From positions 1,820,349 through 1,884,348 of the forward strand of contig CAWGHO010000003.1 of the NCBI GenBank assembly GCA_963822445.1: DNA of 64,000 nt. Direction: 5' to 3'. This document shows positions 9,779-19,366 of the stretch, piece by piece. A program made the position numbers and the translations under genes. The stretch's first letter is position 1, and each line of letters starts with the position of its first letter. The notes beneath the pieces were generated by a model. The model had not been told where the DNA came from. It saw only the letters and a list, made by a program, of their open reading frames with translations, and searched no databases. Source of the stretch: an uncultured Acidobacteriota bacterium. Its GTDB lineage: Bacteria; Acidobacteriota; Thermoanaerobaculia; Gp7-AA8.

Positions 9779-10912
9779 TCAGACGTACCTCAGCCAGCCG
9801 TCGGTCCGGCGCGCTTTGAGATCCGCGAACCGGCGGCACGGGAGGTAAAGCAGCGCGACAGCCACGATCCACACGAGGTAGAGCAGCCAGAGGCTCCATC
9901 GATACCCCTCGGGCGCCGGCGGAACCATGGCCGGATGATCGGCGAAGAGCCACGGCGTGACCGTTCCGAAGCGCACCAGCGAGACGACGATCGCGGCGAT
10001 GTGAATCAGCGGAATGTGCAGCAGGTAGTAGAACAGCGGCACTCGTCCGAAGATCTCGAGGACTCGCGCGATCGGACCACGTGCGCGCTCGAGCAGCGGG
10101 ATCACCGCGATGGTTGGGCCGAGGGTCATCAGGAGAAAGTCGAGCGAGGCCGGGTACTTCGCTGGATTCAGGAACGACAGCCAGGCCGGTTGCCACTCGG
10201 CGTTCCATGGACTGGGATTGCCGTAACGGTTGATCGCCCGCAAAACGATAAACAGCGCCGTGGCTCCGAGTCCGATCGCGAAACAGAGTCGGCGGCGCCG
10301 AGCCGGTTCCATGAGCATCACCGCGCCGAAGGCATACCCCGCGGCCATGACGCCGATCCACGGAATCAGCGAGTAGAGAACGAAGCCATTGCCGACCGGT
10401 CCTCCGAAATAGAGCACTTTCCAGAGCGCGCTCCAGTCGCGATCGTGCAGACCGGGGATGAGATCGGTGACGTTGTGCGCGGCGATGATCACCAGTCCGA
10501 ACATGGCGATGGCCACGACCGGCAGACGCACCAGCAGCGCGAGCACGATCATGCTCCACCCGATCACCCAGATCACACCTGCCAGCAGATGGCTGATCTG
10601 GAAGTTGAACGTCCAGAAGAAGCGGATGACCGTGAGCTCGAGGAGGATCAGCCACGCACCGCGGATCAGCAGAAACCGCGACAGCTTCCCGACGTCGCCC
10701 AGCTTGCGCGCGAGGAAGTACGCGGATGTGCCGGCGAGAAACACGAATGCGGGCGCGCAGAAATGCGTGACCCAGCGCGTGAAGAACACTCCCGGAGTCG
10801 GGCCGCCCGCGGGAACTCCCGAATAGACGCGGACATGGTCGATAGCCATGAGCACCATGACCGCGCCGCGGACGATGTCGATGGACGCCGCGCGTGGCGA
10901 AGCCGCTTGCAT
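9779..10912 (-). CDS. DUF1624 / heparan-alpha-glucosaminide N-acetyltransferase-like membrane protein
   Basis: SIDIVRGAVMVLMAIDHVR, TRWVTHFCAPAFVFLAG, KYPASL, GRVPLFYYLLH motifs; multiple TM segments. Confidence 0.85.
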   Translation of the reverse strand: MQAASPRAASIDIVRGAVMVLMAIDHVRVYSGVPAGGPTPGVFFTRWVTHFCAPAFVFLAGTSAYFLARKLGDVGKLSRFLLIRGAWLILLELTVIRFFWTFNFQISHLLAGVIWVIGWSMIVLALLVRLPVVAIAMFGLVIIAAHNVTDLIPGLHDRDWSALWKVLYFGGPVGNGFVLYSLIPWIGVMAAGYAFGAVMLMEPARRRRLCFAIGLGATALFIVLRAINRYGNPSPWNAEWQPAWLSFLNPAKYPASLDFLLMTLGPTIAVIPLLERARGPIARVLEIFGRVPLFYYLLHIPLIHIAAIVVSLVRFGTVTPWLFADHPAMVPPAPEGYRWSLWLLYLVWIVAVALLYLPCRRFADLKARRTDGWLRYV

Positions 10913-11189
10913 TCAGTTGAGCTCGGGATGCGGATGCTAGCAGTTCCCCGGCGGAATGCGCCCCGCTCATGCCGCCGTTTGACGCGGCGTGGACGAACCG
11001 ATCGAGCCGCGCGCGGAGGAGGAAGTACCGCCGCCCCAACCTCCGCAATGCGAGCACGCGCCCCCCGAGCCGCGCTGGCGCCCCGCGTCGGAACCGACGT
11101 GCTGCGGATCGCTGTGTGAGGATTGCCCGTTTTAGCGGGCAGGTAGGGAAATCCCCCAGTCCGCCTCTCCTTCTCCAGAGAGGTGAGGA

Positions 11190-14153
11190 ATGTCCGAGTG
11201 CGATGATCTCGATTTCACGGAACGGATCCGCTTTGATGACGTCCTGAGTCGCGAGTACGTGGAGGTCGAGCACCGGCGTAGCCGCGCGGCCGGATTGCCG
11301 GACGCGCCGCCATCAGGAACGCGTCCCGCGCGCCTGACCGGTCTGTCACTCTCCGGTGGAGGCATCCGCAGCGCGACCTTCAATCTGGGCGTTCTTCAGG
11401 CCCTCGCCGAGAAACTGAAGCTGGGCACGTTCGACTACCTGTCCACCGTTTCCGGCGGCGGCTACACCGGCGGCTGGTGGAGCGCCTGGCTCGCGCGCGA
11501 CGAGCAGAACGGCGATCCGCCGCGGCTCTTCCCGCCGCGGGAGAACATCGTCACCGAGCGCGATAACCGCCGCGCGTCGATGGAACAGGCCGGCTACAAA
11601 GGCGGCGTCGACCGCCAGCAGGTCCAGGACAGCGCCCTCACCGCTGCCGACGATCCCATTCACCACCTTCGCCTGTTCTCGAATTTCATCACGCCGCGCA
11701 AGGGACTGCTCAGCGCCGACACCTGGCGGGCAATCGCCATCACCCTTCGCAACATCGTCCTGACCTGGCTGATCCTCCTGCCGATCATCCTCGCGGCGAT
11801 CATCATCGGCCAGGCCGCCTTCGTCCTCGCCCTCGGCGACTCGAAAGACCTCGCAAAACGCCTTCTGTTCGCGCTGGCCGCGCCCGGTCTTCTCGCGGCG
11901 GGAAACGCGGCGGCCGTAGCGATCTGGATCCTGGCCACACGACGGCTGAAAACCTGGGGCGACAAGATCGTGGTCACCCTCGGCGGCGTCGTCTTCGTGA
12001 CCCTCACCGCGATCGGACTCTCCGTGCTCGACGTTTCCGACGGCGTGATCATCGGCCTGGCCGCGCTGTTCATCCTCTGGTTCATCTACGTCTTCGTGCG
12101 GCTGTTCTGGTGGCAGTACGTCAGCAAGTCGAAATTCACCGACGCCGATTACTGGCGCAACCGCCTGGTCGTGATCCAGACCAAGACCCTCGCGTACGCG
12201 GTCTTCGCCGCGGTCATCCTCCTCTTCGCGGGCTTCGGACATGTGCTCTTCAACTTTCTGCTAGACAAGACAACGCACGCCGCGACGCAGGCTGGCGGCT
12301 TCGGTGCGCTGGCGCTGTCGCTCCTCGGCGCCGCGTACACGGCGTACAAGGCCTCGCCCACCGGCGGCGCGGATCAGAAGTCGAAAGCGAAGCCGTCGCT
12401 CGTGCACCGCGTCGCATTTGCCGTCGCGCCATTCCTGCTGATCCTCACGCTCGGCATCGTGCTGTCGTGGGTCGGCAATGAGTTGTACGAGATCATCCAC
12501 AGGTCACCGCATCGTCTCCATCTCGTCAGCCGCGGCGCGATCGTGGCCGCGTTCCTCTTTCTCATCTTCGGCCTCTACGAATTCCGCCCGCGGCAGAAAG
12601 GCCCGACGCTGATCGCATTGAGCCTGGTCTGGATCGCGATCGTCGTGGGAGCGCTGCGCTTCAAGCTCGAGCCGTCGCGCCTCCTGTCGCTCAGCGTGAT
12701 CATCCTGGCCATCCTCGCGGTGGTGCTGATCGGCCGCTCGATTCTCCGGCGCCGCCGCTGGATCGCTTTTTACGCCGCGGTCCTCGGACTCGTGGCCTGG
12801 TGGTTCTCCACGCTCGACGCCAGCGCGGTCACGCTGTGGGGCCTCGGGCTTTCGCAGATCGTCGTCGCGGGCACGCTGGCCACACTGGCGCTGCTCGTCC
12901 TCGAACTGGCCGCGGGCCGCGGCGCGAATACGCGCTGCATCGCCTTGACGATCATCGCCTGCAGCATCTTCGTGCTCGTCGGCGCGTCCGCGTCCGTTCA
13001 TGGACTGATCGGCCAGCGCGCCCTGACGATCATCAGCCTGATCGCGATCATCCTCGGCTGGGTCCTGGCCCTGGGATGGCTCGCCGATCCGAACTCGCTG
13101 ACCATCCACGCCTTCTACAAAGCACGTCTCGTCCGCGCGTACATGGGCGCGTCGAACCCGCAACGCGCTCAGGCGACCGAGGCGGACATCACGGATGCGG
13201 TGCCTGGCGATGATGTGTTGCTCACACAGCTCCGCAACACCGACCGCGGCGCGCCCTACCACCTCGTCAACACGATGCTGAACCTCGTCGGCGGCGGCGA
13301 TCTGGCCACGCAGGCGCGTGCGTCCGAGCTGTTCCTGATGTCGAAGCATTTCTGCGGATCGATGCGCACCGGATACCGACGGACCTCCGAATACGCGTGC
13401 GGCGCGATCTCGCTCGGCACCGCGGTGGCGGTCTCCGGCGCGGCCGCGAGCCCGACGATGGGCGCGCAGACGCCGTCAGCCGCGCTGTCCGCATTGATGA
13501 CGCTGTTCAACGTCCGCACGGGGTACTGGGCTCCGACGCCGAGTCTCAGCTACTGGCGCAGCGGTTCCACGCGACTCTGGCCGGTGTACACACTGCAGGA
13601 GCTCGTGTCGCAAACGACCGATCTACTTCCCTACTGCTACCTCACCGACGGCGGCCATTACGAGAACACCGGCGCGTATTCGCTCGTGCAACGCGGCTGC
13701 AATCTCATCGTCATCGGTGAATGCGGCGCGGATCCCGACACGACGCTCGACGACCTCGGGAATCTCATCCGCAAAGTGCGCATCGATTTCGGCGCGGAGA
13801 TCACCTTCGACGATCCCGACATCAAGAAGCTGCGCACGCGTCCTCCCGGCGAGCGAATCATCGTCGGCAAGATCCGCTACGGCGACAAGCACAGCGAAGC
13901 CCTCGGCCTTCCCGACTCGGAACGCGTCGGCACGATCATCATCATGAAGCCGAACCTCTCCGGCAGCGAGCCGGTCGACGTGCAGCAGTACGGCTTCCTC
14001 AACACCGACTTCCCGCAGCAGCAGACCTTCGACCTCTTTTACGACGAGGCCCAGTTCGAGAGCTATCGGCGGCTCGGCCAGCTGTCCGGTGAGCTTGCCG
14101 CGGCGCGGATGACGATGTGGGAAGCAGAGGTGAACCGGCCGCCGGCGACGTGA
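11190..14153 (+). CDS. Patatin/cPLA2-like phospholipase with large polytopic membrane insertion
   Basis: GLSLSGGGIRSA oxyanion motif, YLSTVSGGGY catalytic Ser, LTDGGHYEN catalytic Asp, C-terminal FPQQ.T.D..YDEAQFESYRRLG. Confidence 0.85.
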   Translation: MSECDDLDFTERIRFDDVLSREYVEVEHRRSRAAGLPDAPPSGTRPARLTGLSLSGGGIRSATFNLGVLQALAEKLKLGTFDYLSTVSGGGYTGGWWSAWLARDEQNGDPPRLFPPRENIVTERDNRRASMEQAGYKGGVDRQQVQDSALTAADDPIHHLRLFSNFITPRKGLLSADTWRAIAITLRNIVLTWLILLPIILAAIIIGQAAFVLALGDSKDLAKRLLFALAAPGLLAAGNAAAVAIWILATRRLKTWGDKIVVTLGGVVFVTLTAIGLSVLDVSDGVIIGLAALFILWFIYVFVRLFWWQYVSKSKFTDADYWRNRLVVIQTKTLAYAVFAAVILLFAGFGHVLFNFLLDKTTHAATQAGGFGALALSLLGAAYTAYKASPTGGADQKSKAKPSLVHRVAFAVAPFLLILTLGIVLSWVGNELYEIIHRSPHRLHLVSRGAIVAAFLFLIFGLYEFRPRQKGPTLIALSLVWIAIVVGALRFKLEPSRLLSLSVIILAILAVVLIGRSILRRRRWIAFYAAVLGLVAWWFSTLDASAVTLWGLGLSQIVVAGTLATLALLVLELAAGRGANTRCIALTIIACSIFVLVGASASVHGLIGQRALTIISLIAIILGWVLALGWLADPNSLTIHAFYKARLVRAYMGASNPQRAQATEADITDAVPGDDVLLTQLRNTDRGAPYHLVNTMLNLVGGGDLATQARASELFLMSKHFCGSMRTGYRRTSEYACGAISLGTAVAVSGAAASPTMGAQTPSAALSALMTLFNVRTGYWAPTPSLSYWRSGSTRLWPVYTLQELVSQTTDLLPYCYLTDGGHYENTGAYSLVQRGCNLIVIGECGADPDTTLDDLGNLIRKVRIDFGAEITFDDPDIKKLRTRPPGERIIVGKIRYGDKHSEALGLPDSERVGTIIIMKPNLSGSEPVDVQQYGFLNTDFPQQQTFDLFYDEAQFESYRRLGQLSGELAAARMTMWEAEVNRPPAT

Positions 14154-14225
14154 TTCAATCGCGCCCCGTGACATTCGAGATCCTGCTGCGCGATGGAATG
14201 TCCGCGCTCGATCGCGGCGGCTACC

Positions 14226-14323
14226 GGAGCGCTGGCGTTCCCGCCGGCTGGACCGCAGGCGTCCCCGCCGGCCAAGCCGCCGGGACGGCGGCGCAACAGC
14301 CGCCGAGCCGGCGGCGCTCCAAA
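14226..14323. repeat. REP-like palindrome cluster (GGAGCGC.. type)
   Basis: GGAGCGCTGGCGTTCCCGCCGGC ... GCCGCCGGGACGGCGGC ... GCCGCCGAGCCGGCGGCGCTCCAAA, nested GC-rich hairpins between convergent genes. Confidence 0.65.
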
Positions 14324-14326
14324 GCG

Positions 14327-15106
14327 CTAGCGCTTGAGCAACCCCACCCACCGCTTCCACGCTTCCTCGTACGCCTTGCGATTCGCTTCGATCGCGTCGG
14401 GCATTTCGCCGAGGCGCATGAAGGCGTGGCCGGCGCCCTCGTAGATCACCGGCTCGAAGGTCTTGCCGGCGGCTTTCATCAGCTCTTCCGTCTTCGGAAT
14501 GCTCGCGTTCACGCGGGCGTCGTTGCCGCCGTAGAAGCCGTACACCGGCGCTTCGATCCCGGCGACACCCGACGCTTCCTGCGGACCGCCGCCGTAAAAC
14601 GGATACGCCGCGGTGATGCCGTCGATATTGTTCGCCACGTCCCAGGTCCGCGACCCGCCCCAGCAGAAACCGGCGACCGACACTTTCCCGTTCGCGGCGG
14701 GGATCTTCCGCGCGTAGTCGACGACGGCGCGCAGGTCTTCGATCACCTTCGCGCGATCGAGCTTGCCGATCGCCTCGCGGGCCGCGTCTTCGGTCGGAAA
14801 GTCTTTCGTGTTCCCGCCGTTCGGCGCGGTGCCGGAAAGCAGGTCCGGCGCAACGGCGATGTATCCCTCTTCGGCAAGACGATCCGCAACGGTGCGGACC
14901 CAATCGGTGAGCCCGCGGTTCTCGTGAATGACCACGATGGCGGGCGCGCGATTCGACAACTGCGGATAGACGACATACGTGCGCACCTTGCCGACGTCGA
15001 CCCACTCATCGTGACGGGGCGTGGCTTCGAGTCGCGAGGTCGTGGGCGCGGTGGTCGTGGTCTGGCAGGCAACGAGGAACAGGAGACCGATCAGCATCTT
15101 TCGCAT
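14327..15106 (-). CDS. Dienelactone hydrolase family lipoprotein
   Basis: Own start MRKMLIGLLFLVAC (lipobox); IHENRGL, GFCWGG, GAGHAF motifs. Confidence 0.9.
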   Translation of the reverse strand: MRKMLIGLLFLVACQTTTTAPTTSRLEATPRHDEWVDVGKVRTYVVYPQLSNRAPAIVVIHENRGLTDWVRTVADRLAEEGYIAVAPDLLSGTAPNGGNTKDFPTEDAAREAIGKLDRAKVIEDLRAVVDYARKIPAANGKVSVAGFCWGGSRTWDVANNIDGITAAYPFYGGGPQEASGVAGIEAPVYGFYGGNDARVNASIPKTEELMKAAGKTFEPVIYEGAGHAFMRLGEMPDAIEANRKAYEEAWKRWVGLLKR

Positions 15107-15478
15107 CAGGCACTCTCCAGCAGTTTCACCAGTTTTTTCGGGGCGATGGCGCGGTAGCTTTCGTCGATCCACGACTTCAGCAGATCGAGCGGCACGTCGG
15201 CGACCTTGGTGAAGCTCGCCGTCACCCAGCCGCTCTTGCCGAGACCGTACCCGGTCGGCTCCGCGAACGGCAGATCGACGGCCATGTCCCGCGAAGCAGG
15301 GCAGCTTCACCGACAGGCTGAGCTCCTTCGCGTTCTTGTCGCCGCCGAGGAAGACGAACGATTTGCCCTTCACCTTCATCGCCCGGTGGCCCCACGGATG
15401 ATCCTCGGTGACCTCGGGGAAAGTCAGGGCGTAATCGCGTAACTGCAGCTCCAGTGATTCGAGAGTCTTCTTTGGCAT
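15106..15478 (-). CDS. MmcQ/YjbR family DNA-binding protein (1-nt frameshift at ~15300, probably a sequencing error)
   Basis: PEVTEDHPWGHRAMKVKGKSFVF; after removing one C it reads [31 protein letters not shown]...WIDESYRAIAPKKL, stop overlapping the next ATG. Confidence 0.8.
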
Positions 15479-15500
15479 GGCCGGGTATTATCGCGCCGCG

Positions 15501-16521
15501 ATGCGCAAGAAGCGTCTACATCGTTTACACCGGCGGCACGATCGGCATGGAGCGGACCCGCTCCGGCTACCGGCCCCGCTCCGGATCGCTTCAGGCGCAG
15601 ATGGCGGAGATGCCTGAGTTGAAGCACGCCTCCATGCCCTCGTACACGATTCACGAGTACGACCCGCTGCTCGACTCGTCGAACATGACCCCGCGCGAGT
15701 GGATCGAGATCGCGCGCGACATCGAAACGAACTACGACCGCTACGACGGCTTCATCGTGCTGCACGGCACTGACACGATGGCCTACACCGCGTCGGCCCT
15801 CCCCTTTCTCCTCAGCGGCCTGCGCAAGCCGGTCATCATCACCGGATCGCAGATTCCGCTCTGCGAGATCCGCAACGACGCGCGCGAGAACCTCATCACC
15901 TCGCTGATGCTCGCCGCGTCGTATGACATCCCCGAGGTCTGCCTCTACTTCGGGGGAAAACTGCTGCGCGGTTGCCGGTCGACGAAAGTCAGCGCGGACG
16001 GCTTCGCCGCATTCGACTCCCCGAACTTCCCGCCGCTGGGCACCGTCGGAATCGACATCGAGATCGACTTCGATCGCGTTCGCCGGGTGAAAGGGAAACG
16101 GTTGAAGGTGAAGGAGATTACGCGGCCCATCGTGAGTGCGCTACGGCTCTTTCCCGGGATCTCTCCCGAGCTCGTCCGCAACGTTCTGCGGCCGCCGCTG
16201 CAGGGCCTCGTGCTGGAGGCGTACGGTGTCGGCAACGGTCCCGACCAGGATCGCGAGTTCATCGCCGCGATTGCCGATGCCACCGAGCGCGGCGTCGTCG
16301 TCGTCGACTGCACGCAGTGCCTCGAAGGGACCGTCGATCTCGGCGAATACGCCGCCGGTTCCGCGCTCGCCCAGGCCGGCGTGATCAGCGGGTACGACAT
16401 GACCGTCGAAGCCGCGCTGGCCAAACTGTACTGCCTCCTCGGCCGCCGCCTGAGTCCCGCCCGCGTGCGCGAGGAAATGCAGCGCGACCTCTGCGGCGAG
16501 ATGACCATTCGGGTAGCATAG
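15501..16521 (+). CDS. ansA: L-asparaginase type I (cytoplasmic); apparent 1-nt indel just after the ATG
   Basis: VYIVYTGGTIGM, LLDSSNM, HGTDTMAYTAS, TGSQIP, EAALAKL. Confidence 0.9.
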
Positions 16522-16543
16522 ACACCCGAAAGGAAATCCCTCC

Positions 16544-17458
16544 ATGGCACGTTTATTCTTCGCTCGCGGGGCGCGCGGCGCGATCATTCAGCGCATTCAG
16601 GAGAAGCTCACCGCGTCGGGTTGCGACACGAAAGGCCACGACGGGATCTACGGCGGCGATACCGTCGCGGCTGTGAAGGCGTTTCAGAAGCTGTATGACC
16701 TGCCGGAAACCGGATCCGTCGACGAGGACACCTGGAAGACGCTGATGGAAGAGCCGGTGCCGCCGGTCCTCGATCGCTGTCTCGGTCTCACCTCGACCTT
16801 CGAAGGCCACGGCTTCACGCTCGCCCAGGGCAACTTCGACGGCGCGGGGATCACCTGGGGAATCATCGGCTTCACCCTCAAGCACGGCGAGCTCACCAAG
16901 ATATTGAAATCGGCGTTTGCAGAGGATGAAGCGCTGGTGCGCGAGTGCTTCGGCGACAAGACCGACGAGATCCTGCACATGCTCGACGAGCCATGGGAGA
17001 AGCAGAAATCGTGGGCCGACGCAATCAGCCTCGGCTCATCGAAAGCGACGCTCGCCGAGCCTTACAAAAGCGGCTTCGCGAAGTTCGGTGAGACGGCGCT
17101 CGCGCAGCGCCTGCAGCTCGAGCGGGTGCGCGACGCTTACTACACGCCGGCCCTGCAGACCGCGCAGAAGTTCGGGATCAAGACCGAAGTCGGAACCGCG
17201 CTCTGCTTCGACATCCACGTGCAGAACGGCGGCGTGAAAGCGGCTGCCGAAACCGCGGTCAAATCCAAGCTCCAGCCGGGCATGGCCGAGGCCGAGATCC
17301 GGCTGCTGATCGCGAATGCCGTCGCCGACAACGCGTTGCCGGAATGGCGCGAAGACGTTCGCAACCGCAAGGTGACCATTGCCAAAGGCAGCGGCAGCGT
17401 GCATGGCCTGAAGGCCGAGCTGAAAAACTGGGGACTGGACGAATTCAGCGTGAGCTAG
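16544..17458 (+). CDS. Peptidoglycan-binding domain protein with putative lysozyme-like catalytic domain
   Basis: PG_binding_1 (DGIYGGDTVAAVKAFQ...TGSVDEDTW), then FEG...GNFDGAGITWG and FDIHVQNGG; no signal peptide. Confidence 0.7.
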   Translation: MARLFFARGARGAIIQRIQEKLTASGCDTKGHDGIYGGDTVAAVKAFQKLYDLPETGSVDEDTWKTLMEEPVPPVLDRCLGLTSTFEGHGFTLAQGNFDGAGITWGIIGFTLKHGELTKILKSAFAEDEALVRECFGDKTDEILHMLDEPWEKQKSWADAISLGSSKATLAEPYKSGFAKFGETALAQRLQLERVRDAYYTPALQTAQKFGIKTEVGTALCFDIHVQNGGVKAAAETAVKSKLQPGMAEAEIRLLIANAVADNALPEWREDVRNRKVTIAKGSGSVHGLKAELKNWGLDEFSVS

Positions 17459-17947
17459 ATGAGCGGCCGGGCGCTGTTGACGCTGTGGGTGATCGCCGTC
17501 GCCATGACGGTCGCGATCGTTCTCGCGGTTTACGGCGCGGGCGAGGAAGGCATCGGCGCCGCCGTTCGCGCGACAGCACGCCTTTCGACGTTTGCGATCG
17601 CCTGCGCATTCGCCGGAATCCGCACTCGTGCGGCACTCATCGCCCTGCCGATCTCGCACGCCGCGCACTACGCTTTGATCGCGAAGCGCGCCGCGATCAC
17701 CAGTGCGGAACACGTGGGAATGAACGCCGAGACGCTAATCGTCGGCACGCTGATTTACTCGCTCATGGTCTTCGCCGCCTTTCGCGCGCCGCGCTGGGCG
17801 ATCTACGTCCTGTGGATGATCTTCCTCTACGCGATCCTCGTCCGGGTGCACACTTCCTGGATCTACCCGCCAATCGTGCTGCTGTTGCTCGCCGCGGCGG
17901 CGGTCCGCTTCACTCCACGCCGGGTAGAGACCCGTTCGACAACGTAG
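17459..17947 (+). CDS. Small polytopic membrane protein (weakly ferric-reductase-TM-like)
   Basis: Several hydrophobic segments, RATAR.S and SHAAH motifs; ATG directly after the upstream stop. Confidence 0.6.
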   Translation: MSGRALLTLWVIAVAMTVAIVLAVYGAGEEGIGAAVRATARLSTFAIACAFAGIRTRAALIALPISHAAHYALIAKRAAITSAEHVGMNAETLIVGTLIYSLMVFAAFRAPRWAIYVLWMIFLYAILVRVHTSWIYPPIVLLLLAAAAVRFTPRRVETRSTT

Positions 17948-17959
17948 AATCGCCTCCGA

Positions 17960-19312
17960 GTGGCGAAAAAAGCGGTCGTCTTTTCCTGTACTGAATGCGG
18001 CGCCCAGGCGTCCAAGTGGCTCGGCCGCTGTCCCGACTGCAACGCCTGGAACTCGTACGCGCAGGACGAGGCGCCCGCCACCAGTCATGCGCACCCTGCC
18101 GCGATGAGTGGTGCCGCCGCGCCGATGTCGATCGGCGCGATCGACGCCGACCGCGCGCCGCGGATCTCCACGCACATCCCCAGTCTCGATCGCGTGCTCG
18201 GCGGCGGTCTGGTCATCGGCGCGGTCACGCTGGTTGGCGGCGAGCCGGGCATCGGCAAGTCGACACTCTTGCTGCAGGTCGCGAATGAGCTGGCCGAGGA
18301 TGGACCCGTGCTTTACGTGTCCGGCGAGGAGTCGCCGCGGCAGATCGCATTGCGGGCCCGGCGCCTCGGCACAGCCAACGACAACATCCGCCTCTTCACC
18401 GAAACCTCGGTCGAGCGGATTCTGGCCGAGGTCGAGAAGATGAAGCCGGTCGCGGTCATCGTCGACTCCATCCAGACCGTGCACACCTCCGCGAACGCGT
18501 CGACGCCCGGCTCAGTCGGGCAGGTTCGCGATTCCGCGGGAACCCTGATGTCCGCCGCGAAGAGCCTGTCCGTGCCGATCTTCCTCATCGGCCACATCAC
18601 CAAGGAAGGGACGATCGCCGGCCCGAAGACTCTCGAGCACATCGTCGACACCGTCCTCTACTTCGAGGGCGAGAAGTTTCAGAACTACCGGGTCGTCCGG
18701 GCCTACAAGAACCGCTTCGGCCCGGTGAACGAGGTCGCGATCTTCGAGATGCACGACAACGGTCTCGAGGAAGTGCCGAACCCCTCGGCCGCGCTCATCT
18801 CCCAGCGCAGCCAGTCGCCCGGCTCGGCGATTCTCGCGGCCGTCGAGGGCACCCGGCCGCTGCTGATCGAAGTGCAGGCGCTGGTCTCACCGACGCACTT
18901 TCCGTCACCGCGGCGGATGGCCATGGGGATCGACGCGAACCGCGTCTCGCTCCTGCTGGCCGTGCTGGAGCGCAAAGGCGGCGCGACCTTCGTCCAGCAC
19001 GACATCTACGTGAATGTCGCCGGCGGCCTGGAGATCGACGAGCCGGCCCTCGACCTCGGCGTGATCGCGGCCATCCTCTCCTCCCAGCGCAACGTGCCGA
19101 TCGCCCACGATCTGGCCCTTTTCGGCGAGGTCGGCCTGCTCGGCGAGATCCGCAGCGTGTCCCAGCCCGACCTCCGGGCTCGCGAGGCCGTGGCCCTCGG
19201 ATTCCGGAAGCTGGTCGTACCGCAGTCCAACGCCGCGGAGATCCGCGCGGACATCCAGGTCCTCCCGGTGAGGCGGGTCGAGGACGTCGCCGAGGCCCTT
19301 TTCCGGGCTTAA
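17960..19312 (+). CDS. radA: DNA repair protein RadA/Sms
   Basis: CTECG...WLGRCPDC zinc finger, GEPGIGKSTLL Walker A, KNRFG motif, Lon-like C-terminus. Confidence 0.97.
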   Translation: MAKKAVVFSCTECGAQASKWLGRCPDCNAWNSYAQDEAPATSHAHPAAMSGAAAPMSIGAIDADRAPRISTHIPSLDRVLGGGLVIGAVTLVGGEPGIGKSTLLLQVANELAEDGPVLYVSGEESPRQIALRARRLGTANDNIRLFTETSVERILAEVEKMKPVAVIVDSIQTVHTSANASTPGSVGQVRDSAGTLMSAAKSLSVPIFLIGHITKEGTIAGPKTLEHIVDTVLYFEGEKFQNYRVVRAYKNRFGPVNEVAIFEMHDNGLEEVPNPSAALISQRSQSPGSAILAAVEGTRPLLIEVQALVSPTHFPSPRRMAMGIDANRVSLLLAVLERKGGATFVQHDIYVNVAGGLEIDEPALDLGVIAAILSSQRNVPIAHDLALFGEVGLLGEIRSVSQPDLRAREAVALGFRKLVVPQSNAAEIRADIQVLPVRRVEDVAEALFRA

Positions 19313-19315
19313 TTC

Positions 19316-19344
19316 TTTACAAGCTCGGCTGTCACCCTTAAACT
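19316..19344 (+). promoter_or_regulatory. sigma70-type promoter of the M23 peptidase gene
   Basis: TTTACA-17 nt-TAAACT. Confidence 0.6.
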
Positions 19345-19366
19345 CGACCGGTTCATTCCGGTAACC

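Noticed and set aside
14327-15478. 383-aa apparent MmcQ-dienelactone hydrolase fusion
   Set aside because: One extra C at ~15300 shifts the MmcQ frame; the hydrolase has its own lipoprotein start overlapping the true MmcQ stop.
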